Virus record (IMG/VR): IMGVR_UViG_3300013195_000003
Location: 14,524-78,523 of that record
Source: a virus
DNA: 64,000 nt
Direction: 5' to 3' (one strand)
A program made the position numbers and the translations under genes. This document shows, in pieces, positions 56,987 through 64,000 of this stretch (positions are counted from its first letter, which is position 1; every line of letters begins with the position of its first letter). The notes under the pieces are model-generated. The model did no database searches. It worked only from the letters and a program-made list of their open reading frames with translations, and was not told the origin of the DNA.

Positions 56987-57184
56987 ATGATCAATCAAAC
57001 CTACTCCATCGAGTGCCCTGCACTCTCCGAAACCGAAACCACCACCGACCTGGATCGGGCGTGGGACCTGTGCTTCTCTATGCATCAGGAGTCCAACTCC
57101 TATGCTTGCGTCCGTGATGCCTCTGGTGATATCATCGGAGAGTACGGCGACGTGATCCAAGGCATCGCAGATATGCTCTTCTGA
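56987..57184 (+). CDS. Hypothetical protein
   Basis: Y.IECPAL.E.ETT.DLDRA.DLC.SM..ES..YA.VRD pattern. Confidence 0.65.
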   Translation: MINQTYSIECPALSETETTTDLDRAWDLCFSMHQESNSYACVRDASGDIIGEYGDVIQGIADMLF

Positions 57185-57387
57185 TGCCTGACCCCTGTAC
57201 CATTGCCCTTCACTACGACCGAATTATGTGGGATGAGATCCAAGACGCCCCAGGTGAGATTTTTGACACCGCAGCTCGGGATGCTGCCCTTGATGCCCTG
57301 ATTGAGGATGCCCTATTCGATGGGGATGAGACCACGATGATGGACGATGAGCGAAGTGTCCTACGTGCCATAGACGAGGCATTCTGA
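57184..57387 (+). CDS. Hypothetical protein
   Basis: TGATG-coupled acidic ORF. Confidence 0.55.
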   Translation: MPDPCTIALHYDRIMWDEIQDAPGEIFDTAARDAALDALIEDALFDGDETTMMDDERSVLRAIDEAF

Positions 57388-57420
57388 CCCCTTACAATAC
57401 ACACAAGCAACCAAACCACA

Positions 57421-57660
57421 ATGCTCAAGATCCTTTCCTATGGTGCCGCCTTCGCTGCTGGTCTGGTCGTCGGTAACGGCGAGATTCGCGAGGGCATTCA
57501 GGTTACCACTGCTGACACCCTTGCCGATGTCGCTGAATTCGTACGCCCCGAGGATGCAGACGTTAACGGTGCACCGATGGGCGGACCCTACGGCAAGCGA
57601 TCCTACATCGCTCCCCCCTCGGTGAACAACACCCCCGAGGGTCCTTATGCCGCTCAATGA
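57421..57660 (+). CDS. Hypothetical protein with N-terminal hydrophobic segment
   Basis: MLKILSYGAAFAAGLVVG; follows dyad (57342-64) and TACAAT (57393-98). Confidence 0.6.
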   Translation: MLKILSYGAAFAAGLVVGNGEIREGIQVTTADTLADVAEFVRPEDADVNGAPMGGPYGKRSYIAPPSVNNTPEGPYAAQ

Positions 57661-57728
57661 GCTGTCCACCTAACGGCGCTTTCCGTCCCAAGGGTCGCTA
57701 CAATTCACACATCAACCAAACGAACCAA

Positions 57729-57986
57729 ATGCAAGCACTCGAAACGATGATCCCCGAGCGTGAGACGTTCAACGGGTGGACCAACTATGAGACCTGGAAC
57801 GTCGCCCTGTGGTTGCAGAATGACGAGGCGATGTACCGTGTCGCTCGTGTCTATGGTCACAGCGGGTACGATCACCTGATCCCCACCCTTGAGGTGAACT
57901 TCGGACAGATGACCCCCGATGGTGTCCGTTGGATGGATGGACGCATCGACACCGATGAACTCGATGAGATGCTGGAGGATCTCTGA
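57729..57986 (+). CDS. Conserved phage early protein (NGWTNYETWNVALW family)
   Basis: Recognisable YNGW.NYETWNVALW..NDE..Y motif; follows dyad (57648-69) and TACAAT (57699-704). Confidence 0.75.
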   Translation: MQALETMIPERETFNGWTNYETWNVALWLQNDEAMYRVARVYGHSGYDHLIPTLEVNFGQMTPDGVRWMDGRIDTDELDEMLEDL

Positions 57987-58034
57987 GGGGTCGCCCCCTC
58001 CGTGCTACAATACCACCAAACCAACCAACCACGA

Positions 58035-58214
58035 ATGAAGAACTACGGCAACGGCATCTACGCATCCGACGATCGCCTCGCTAGCATCGGTGAACTCTAT
58101 ATGAGGGAGGAGATGGAGAGGCAGCGCCAGCGTGCCCTGCTGCGTGCCGCCTTCCGTGACGGCAAGCAAGTGGAGGGACAGTGGGGCAGCTGGAACATCA
58201 GTGATCGCCACTGA
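58035..58214 (+). CDS. Hypothetical protein (59 aa)
   Basis: Follows a GAGGGG-TCG-CCCCTC hairpin and TGCTACAAT. Confidence 0.6.
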   Translation: MKNYGNGIYASDDRLASIGELYMREEMERQRQRALLRAAFRDGKQVEGQWGSWNISDRH

Positions 58215-58254
58215 CCCCTGACCGACTAGGATACACACAAGCAAACGAACCACG

Positions 58255-58767
58255 ATGCTCACCACCACCAAAGCACAGCAACGCTACCTCGATGCCTTCG
58301 CTGCTCTCTATGAGGCAGCAGAGGAGATGAACGCAGGCGACCCGATGTCCTATGCTCGGTCTCGTGAGATCCACCTGGCGTGCATCCTTGGTCACAGCGT
58401 GGCGGATACCTACAGCGGTGCTGATGCCTATGAGCAGGACGGCACCCCTGTAGAGTACAAGAGCACCATCGGCAAGAACATCAGCGCCACCTACAACGGC
58501 ATCAGCGTACAGCCCACGTGGGAGGATCAGGAGGCATATCTCATCGAGCATAAGATCGGATGCTATCCCCGCCACTACTATGCACGTTATGAGGGTGCCA
58601 AGGTCGTTGAGGTGTGGGTGATGGATTCCGACACCGTGCTGTCTCTGCTGCTGCCTAAGGCAGAGAAGCAGTATAGCACCAAGCGCAACGGCAAGGCAAA
58701 GGATCCACGGATCGGCGTCACGATCAGCAGCGGTGAGATTCGGAAGTTCGGTCGCCGCATCGTCTGA
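58255..58767 (+). CDS. PD-(D/E)xK endonuclease, PvuII-like
   Basis: GHSV....SGADAYEQDGTPVEYKS parallels the PvuII catalytic segment (G.DAVD..G..YELKS); similar length and C-terminal pattern. Confidence 0.6.
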   Translation: MLTTTKAQQRYLDAFAALYEAAEEMNAGDPMSYARSREIHLACILGHSVADTYSGADAYEQDGTPVEYKSTIGKNISATYNGISVQPTWEDQEAYLIEHKIGCYPRHYYARYEGAKVVEVWVMDSDTVLSLLLPKAEKQYSTKRNGKAKDPRIGVTISSGEIRKFGRRIV

Positions 58768-58801
58768 GACGTGCTATAATTTCAACAACAGCAAACGACC
58801 A

Positions 58802-58963
58802 ATGCGCTTCGCTCTCCTCATCGCCACCCTCATCGCTGGTGGGTTCATCGGCACCAACGCCATCACCGCTGTCTCTCAGATGCAGGACACACGGATGGAG
58901 CGGTTCTGTCAGGCAGTGCCCGTGGGTGCATCCTACGACGACGCCTGCGCTAAGTATCGCTAA
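58802..58963 (+). CDS. Small secreted/membrane protein (53 aa)
   Basis: Signal-like N-terminus MRFALLIATLIAGGFIG; two Cys; follows TGCTATAAT (58772-80). Confidence 0.6.
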   Translation: MRFALLIATLIAGGFIGTNAITAVSQMQDTRMERFCQAVPVGASYDDACAKYR

Positions 58964-59076
58964 CCGTAGCGCTGCTAAGTATACCTAACTCACGTCCCCT
59001 CTGACTGTTAATTAAGGGGGGGCGTTTGTATAGAGAATTCGCCAAGCGCAATCTATAACGAACCGATTTCGAGAGC

Positions 59077-59082
59077 TAAATA
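59077..59082 (+). promoter_or_regulatory. Late promoter TAAATA
   Basis: Exact TAAATA heading the downstream structural operon. Confidence 0.65.
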
Positions 59083-59138
59083 TTGAAGGAATGAAAATAT
59101 TTTTCGCTAGTAAAAACGCCCCTTAGAGTTTTTTTGAA

Positions 59139-59357
59139 ATGACACGTCGTAAAAAATATTGGACAATTGCAGCGCCCCACAGTGGAAACTTTGTGAAGGG
59201 TATGATATATTGGAAGGAGGACTCCAGCTGGCAGTCCGATCCAGAATCTGCACATCATTTCAGGTCTAATGAGACTGCAGAGAAAAAACTGAGTAACATC
59301 ATTAAAACGAAACCCAATGCAAGAGTCGTCAAAGTTGACCCCAACAACACAAATTGA
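59139..59357 (+). CDS. Hypothetical protein (basic)
   Basis: Clean ORF after the late promoter. Confidence 0.55.
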   Translation: MTRRKKYWTIAAPHSGNFVKGMIYWKEDSSWQSDPESAHHFRSNETAEKKLSNIIKTKPNARVVKVDPNNTN

Positions 59358-59559
59358 TATTAAAGAGTATGTAAAACTCTTAGAGGAGCGAATTGTTTCT
59401 TTAGAGCAAGAGTTATCGAAAGTACCTGATGCTATGACCAGCTCGAAGTTTTGGTTTAGGCGTCCTGGGAGAGTTGAGCACGAACCTTTAGGGAAGTACT
59501 TGGAAGATTTAGAGAAGCGTGTACAAGCGATTGAGTTAAGGCAAGAACTCGGATTATGA
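59317..59559 (+). CDS. Hypothetical coiled-coil protein
   Basis: LEERIVSLEQEL....K.W.R.PG..E.E.L...L..LE.R pattern. Confidence 0.6.
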   Translation: MQESSKLTPTTQIDIKEYVKLLEERIVSLEQELSKVPDAMTSSKFWFRRPGRVEHEPLGKYLEDLEKRVQAIELRQELGL

Positions 59560-62500
59560 CATACGGCGGGCATCCAGACGGAAGGAATAGTTGGGGATCA
59601 ACCTATGGGATGGAAGGTGGTCTGTCGATCACTTCGCCCGTACATAATTCTCCGACTGGTGGAGGTTTTGGATTTCTTGCAAGGAATTACTTTTCTTCCG
59701 AGTCTGTAGTTCCTCGTCTAGGACCCGTTGATGACGAAGAGTATATCGAGTATTATTTCACACTGACACCATTGAGTGGTGATGGAGAATCTGATAGGTG
59801 TACGAATTACCAACCCACACGTATTAACATCATTTCAGAAGACGAGCAATACTTTACGATGTGGGTATGCGACAGCTATACCGAGCGCGTAGCTGTTCGC
59901 AATCCGACTGGTGAATTTAAACCAGGGGAGACACTAACAGGTGCCAATGGGGCGACTGCAGTTATTAAGGACTGGCATCGTTTCAGGGAAAGTAATGCGT
60001 TGCATATTATTGAGTTTGAGGAAGGGACTGCTAATGGGTCATTTCCGAATCATAATGTAACAGGGTCTTCCAGCGGGGCGACCGCCGAGTGTATTTCTGG
60101 ATTCAATAATATTGAGGTATCAACAGACCTAGGATTATCATTTACTGGACTCCCTGTTGCTGTTCCAGCTCAGAGTCCTGTGATTGGCACCATAAGCGGG
60201 TTCTACACCTATCCAAAGCGTGTGGGGTATGTCAAGTATATGCCACCGCGTTGCACGACCCTTCTAGACGTTGCTGAGGAGATCGCTGAATATCCTAATC
60301 AGACTCCTGGATGGAAGAAGTCTTTATCGAAGAATAAGAATATTGATTGTACGTTCATACCTTTTCTTGAAGCTGTACAAGCAGAATATGAATCTAATAC
60401 CTGGGGAGCAAAAGAAATTCAGGATAGAAGGGAGAGTACAAGGAAGAGACAAGTTAATACTGGTGTGTTTAAGTCTGTTCCAATTGCAGGTACAGATGAA
60501 TCATTAGACAACTATCAATTAATACCTGTTGTCTTTAAAAATATCCATCCAGCAAACACTGACCCCAGTTATGCTAAGAAGCAAGATGAGAGTGGTGGTC
60601 CAGCTTTGATTAGTCAGAGTGGTGATCGTTTAAGTTTCTTAGATGGTGGTGGTACTGACGAAAATGCTGCATTAAGTATTCGTCGTCAATCTGGTGGTGC
60701 TGCATTTTTTGCAATTGATCCTAATGCCAAGAATGGATTGGGAGTTGTTATTGCAGTTAGTCAGCAAGTAGAAGTAGAGATTGAATTAGAGTGGGACGAT
60801 AATCCTGACACTGAAGGTACAGCTTTAGGTACTGTACAAATCGAGAATGCATCCTGGGAACAAAAGGGCGAAAAAGGTAGTCAACTCCGAACCATTACAA
60901 TTGGCGAGAATATTGGTGGTGAAGGTATACCATTGAAGAGCAAAAGAAATCGTTGTGTTGAAGCTGGTCTTAAGAAAGGGCACCAAGATTTCTTTAACAA
61001 AGTGCAAGATTATATTACTTGTGGAGAACCTTTTACTAAGAAGGAATTTAAAGATTTAACTAGAGGAATGTCTCAGTCATCTGAGATTGATAACAACTAT
61101 AAAGAGATTCAAGTTTGTACCGAAGATGATGCGGACGTAACTGACACTAAGATTGAACCGAACTATGAAGATAGTGCGGATGTGATGAAAGAATCCAAGA
61201 CATTCTTCTGCGACTTGGGACCTGCATATGATTATTCAATTGCGGCTTTGGATTATATGGACCTGGCATTTAATAATCTAGACACCAAGGTTCCAAGTCA
61301 AACGTTTGTAGAGGTACCTCAGGAGCTGTTTACACACGGATTTAGAACTGTTCCTCCTCCGACAGAGTTTCTGAAGTGGTCGATCTTCCGTTATGACCCT
61401 CATAGAAATACTGAGAAGGTAATGGCAATTACTGTTCAGGGTCAATGGGTCTGTACTACAGTGTCTTATTTTGAGACTCAAACGGTTCCTGGTACACCCC
61501 CTACTGGTAATCCTGGTGATCCCGATTATGATCCTGGTACAGACGATGAAGAGGTTGAAGTTGAAGTTGGAAACCCGTCATTCGGTGTAGGATTCTCAAA
61601 AACTTTCAATACTGATCTCACAGTTGAGTCTAATTGGGACACACATAGAGACAACTTAAAAGCAGCTGTGGAAAATCAGGGCAATCCTGACTCTACTACT
61701 CTGATGGCAGAGATGGTTGAGTTTATGGATGTCTCCGAAACTACTTTAGACATTTATGATTACGATGCAAGTGACTTCCCCAGCTATGGTTATATTGAAT
61801 TAAACAACTATGATGTCGAAGGAAGAGGTCTGGCAGAGGTTAATCCAGTTAATGTGGGATTTGGATATCTACAAGAACCTACAGTTACAGTTAGCGAACC
61901 TGATTTATCAGACGGAACATACCCTGAGATCGAAGCTCAGATTGTTGCTGGACGTGTAACTGGGTTTGATATTGTAAAATCTGGTAGTGGATATGCTCAA
62001 GAACCGATTGTTACCATTGAAGAACCCACCACAGAGATTACAGGCACTGGAGATATATCAGCAGGCAGTAGATATATCCAAAATATTGGATTTGGCAACT
62101 TAGATTTCTTTGAAAGATTGTTTGTTGGTGTTCGTGTTAGTGTCCCAGGCAGTGGATTTACCTTCAATGAGGTCTTAAGAGTCCTTCCTGGCGTTGTTAT
62201 GAACGTTACTGCGGATGGAACTAACATTTTGACTATCAATGAGGTACTGTTTGAGTCGGAAATTGAAGATGCGAACCCTGGAATGTTGCTCGAAGGCACT
62301 GATGTGAACAATTTGACGATTCAAACCATTGATATTGTCGCTAATCAGATCACTGTGAGCGGTAATGTTGCAGCTGGGACCTATGAAGTCAATACTGAGC
62401 GCACAATTTTAATGACTTATGCTTCTAGTATCACCCAAACTGGAGCTAATTTAGTGTTTACTGCGCCATCTGCGGTACAAGCGACTGCTAGAGCGCAACT

Positions 62501-62687
62501 TTATGTCGGAAATAGGTTCGGAACCTCCTATAAATATGCTGATAGTCGTGAAATTGCGCATTACGACGGCGTTACAGATAATGGTGACGGAACTTTTACG
62601 CTCCAAAACATACAAAGAGGGCAAAAAGAGACCGATGTGAAGCGTCATTTGCGCGGAGACCACATTTTATTACACTCAACGATCTAA
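59556..62687 (+). CDS. Large virion structural protein (1043 aa)
   Basis: G.GY..EP.VT..EP repeats shared with cyanophage baseplate proteins; late operon position just before the PAAR gene. Confidence 0.65.
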   Translation: MTYGGHPDGRNSWGSTYGMEGGLSITSPVHNSPTGGGFGFLARNYFSSESVVPRLGPVDDEEYIEYYFTLTPLSGDGESDRCTNYQPTRINIISEDEQYFTMWVCDSYTERVAVRNPTGEFKPGETLTGANGATAVIKDWHRFRESNALHIIEFEEGTANGSFPNHNVTGSSSGATAECISGFNNIEVSTDLGLSFTGLPVAVPAQSPVIGTISGFYTYPKRVGYVKYMPPRCTTLLDVAEEIAEYPNQTPGWKKSLSKNKNIDCTFIPFLEAVQAEYESNTWGAKEIQDRRESTRKRQVNTGVFKSVPIAGTDESLDNYQLIPVVFKNIHPANTDPSYAKKQDESGGPALISQSGDRLSFLDGGGTDENAALSIRRQSGGAAFFAIDPNAKNGLGVVIAVSQQVEVEIELEWDDNPDTEGTALGTVQIENASWEQKGEKGSQLRTITIGENIGGEGIPLKSKRNRCVEAGLKKGHQDFFNKVQDYITCGEPFTKKEFKDLTRGMSQSSEIDNNYKEIQVCTEDDADVTDTKIEPNYEDSADVMKESKTFFCDLGPAYDYSIAALDYMDLAFNNLDTKVPSQTFVEVPQELFTHGFRTVPPPTEFLKWSIFRYDPHRNTEKVMAITVQGQWVCTTVSYFETQTVPGTPPTGNPGDPDYDPGTDDEEVEVEVGNPSFGVGFSKTFNTDLTVESNWDTHRDNLKAAVENQGNPDSTTLMAEMVEFMDVSETTLDIYDYDASDFPSYGYIELNNYDVEGRGLAEVNPVNVGFGYLQEPTVTVSEPDLSDGTYPEIEAQIVAGRVTGFDIVKSGSGYAQEPIVTIEEPTTEITGTGDISAGSRYIQNIGFGNLDFFERLFVGVRVSVPGSGFTFNEVLRVLPGVVMNVTADGTNILTINEVLFESEIEDANPGMLLEGTDVNNLTIQTIDIVANQITVSGNVAAGTYEVNTERTILMTYASSITQTGANLVFTAPSAVQATARAQLYVGNRFGTSYKYADSREIAHYDGVTDNGDGTFTLQNIQRGQKETDVKRHLRGDHILLHSTI

Positions 62688-62688
62688 T

Positions 62689-63378
62689 ATGGCAGCTTTA
62701 GCACTACAAACTGGCGTATGTACTGGTCACGCTTGCTGGCCACCGATGGGTTATGGACCTTCTTTGGCACAAACAGTGCGTGTAACGAAGATTGCACCCC
62801 TCCACGACACTGTTGTGCGTCTTCCTCACTGCAAACCTTGCGGAAAAAACCCTGCTTGCCACCCTGGAGCAGTGGTAGCGTCTACAAAAAATGTACTTGC
62901 TGGTACAGATGTTCCTGGAATTCCGTTAGTTGTGCCCAAATCTGGTGATCCAGAGACTGAAGCAATCCTAACTGCCCTTGCACCTAAGCTTTGTGCAACT
63001 AGATTACCAATTGCAAGGATATCAGATTCTTGTGGTTGCGGTTCTGCGGTCGCTGTGGGCGCTCCTAACGTCCTTCTGGGCACTGGTGCTGGGGCAGCAA
63101 CGTCTATGGCGAAAGCAGCGGTTGCTGGGGGCGTTGGTGCTGTTGCTGCATTAGGTGCTGCCGCGGCCATCTTTACAATTGCTGGAATGGCTGCTAGTAT
63201 GTTAGGGTCTGCAGGCGGCGGAGGTGGCGGTGGATCTTCTGAAGATCCGTCATTTGACATCGACGAAGCTGCAGGTGACCAGGAATATGATCCATCTGTC
63301 ACTAAAACTATTGGTGGAAGAGGTGGATTGTCTACTGGCAAAGACGCATCAACCATTTCTACAACTTACTGCGATTAA
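62689..63378 (+). CDS. PAAR-type spike tip (gp5.4-like) with insertion and C-terminal extension
   Basis: D/G.CTGHAC.PP, PHC...CHP...., LPIARISDSCGCGS.VA.GA.NV..G motifs. Confidence 0.8.
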   Translation: MAALALQTGVCTGHACWPPMGYGPSLAQTVRVTKIAPLHDTVVRLPHCKPCGKNPACHPGAVVASTKNVLAGTDVPGIPLVVPKSGDPETEAILTALAPKLCATRLPIARISDSCGCGSAVAVGAPNVLLGTGAGAATSMAKAAVAGGVGAVAALGAAAAIFTIAGMAASMLGSAGGGGGGGSSEDPSFDIDEAAGDQEYDPSVTKTIGGRGGLSTGKDASTISTTYCD

Positions 63379-63380
63379 TT

Positions 63381-63518
63381 ATGGCACTCTACGGCAAGTC
63401 TATGGGTTATACGCCCGCTCGTCCGAAGAAAACTCGTCAAGGCAAGTCTCCTAATAGTAAGCTTTCCGCTTCTTCCCGCAATGGCGCTAAGAAAGCGTAC
63501 CGTGGTCAGGGTAAATGA
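63381..63518 (+). CDS. Small basic conserved cyanophage protein (45 aa; not in track)
   Basis: MALYGKSMGYTPARPKKTRQGKSPNSKLSASSRNGAKKAYRGQGK*; family commonly found after PAAR. Confidence 0.75.
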   Translation: MALYGKSMGYTPARPKKTRQGKSPNSKLSASSRNGAKKAYRGQGK

Positions 63519-63694
63519 GACCCGAAACCCGCAAATCTATGGAGATGTTGTTCACTGCTAAGTGGAATTTACCCAAAGCAGCGAAACACTGTGGTCTTAC
63601 TAACAAAGAAATGAAGATCACGTTCAACGAATACTGTACATTCCACCCTCCGACCTACAATCGCGATGAAGAAACTTCTGTATGTCTCCCGTGA
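63515..63694 (+). CDS. Conserved cyanophage hypothetical protein (59 aa; not in track)
   Basis: MRPETRKSMEMLFTAKWNLPKAAKHCGLTNKEMKITFNEYC...; ATGA coupling. Confidence 0.7.
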   Translation: MRPETRKSMEMLFTAKWNLPKAAKHCGLTNKEMKITFNEYCTFHPPTYNRDEETSVCLP

Positions 63695-64000
63695 CACCGA
63701 ATTAGCGCTCATTGAAGCGTTGACTTACAGAATTCAGATGATGGAATTGGATTGGGATCCTAAAGATACGTGCTTTTTGTGCGTATCACCCGATTATTCC
63801 GCAATTGTGACTCAGCTTTTGGCACATTGGCTCTCTAAAGACGGTGAAATGTACCATATTGAGTCTGTTAACGTCCCATTTCCCGATGAAGACAAGTATG
63901 AGTACGAAATTACCTTCGCTCAGAACCTTATGGACTGGAAATGGATGTGGAAACGCTTCGTTTTGATCGAAGCTGGCGTGATTAGAGGTGGAAATTACAC
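63666..64000 (+). CDS. Phosphoribosyltransferase-like protein (runs off the window end)
   Basis: My translation ends ...KRFVLIEAGVIRGGNY, resembling the PRPP-binding loop; contains LCVSPDYS. Confidence 0.6.
   Translation, partial: MKKLLYVSRDTELALIEALTYRIQMMELDWDPKDTCFLCVSPDYSAIVTQLLAHWLSKDGEMYHIESVNVPFPDEDKYEYEITFAQNLMDWKWMWKRFVLIEAGVIRGGNY

Noticed and set aside
48725-57704. Promoter-associated dyads as a CRISPR-like or insertion-sequence repeat
   Set aside because: The copies are short, degenerate and hundreds to thousands of nt apart, and each is tied to a -10 box. No transposase or integrase is seen.

Overview
This is a 64-kb segment of a T4-like marine cyanomyovirus genome (Kyanoviridae-like, probably infecting Synechococcus). 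It falls into four blocks. (1) 1-12.7 kb is the baseplate-hub module: gp4, gp54-like, gp26, gp51, a gp29-like protein with an M23 peptidase, a gp27-like hub, cp12 and a split gp5. (2) 12.7-16.5 kb is a small accessory block with tRNA-Leu(TAA), tRNA-Asn(GTT), a 2OG-Fe(II) oxygenase, a ParB-like ORF and a thioredoxin/glutaredoxin-like pair. (3) 16.5-48.4 kb is a large late tail-fibre/virion-protein island. It holds tail-collar proteins, interleaved 2OG-Fe(II) oxygenases and two fibre plus putative adhesin pairs. It also holds what is probably one ~3,228-aa protein (subtilisin + cupredoxin-like + YHYH-like repeats) split by a 97-nt imperfect tandem duplication. (4) 48.4-59 kb is an early-type region of short ORFs with host-like sigma70 promoters, followed by late structural genes including a PAAR spike tip. 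The most notable signals are: three tandem DnaA-box matches beside an AT-rich repeat tract (candidate origin or DnaA-titration site); a dyad motif fixed 29-31 nt upstream of nine early -10 boxes; an orphan PvuII-like endonuclease; and the putative copper-binding giant virion protease. All family assignments come from motif recognition by eye. No database search was run.
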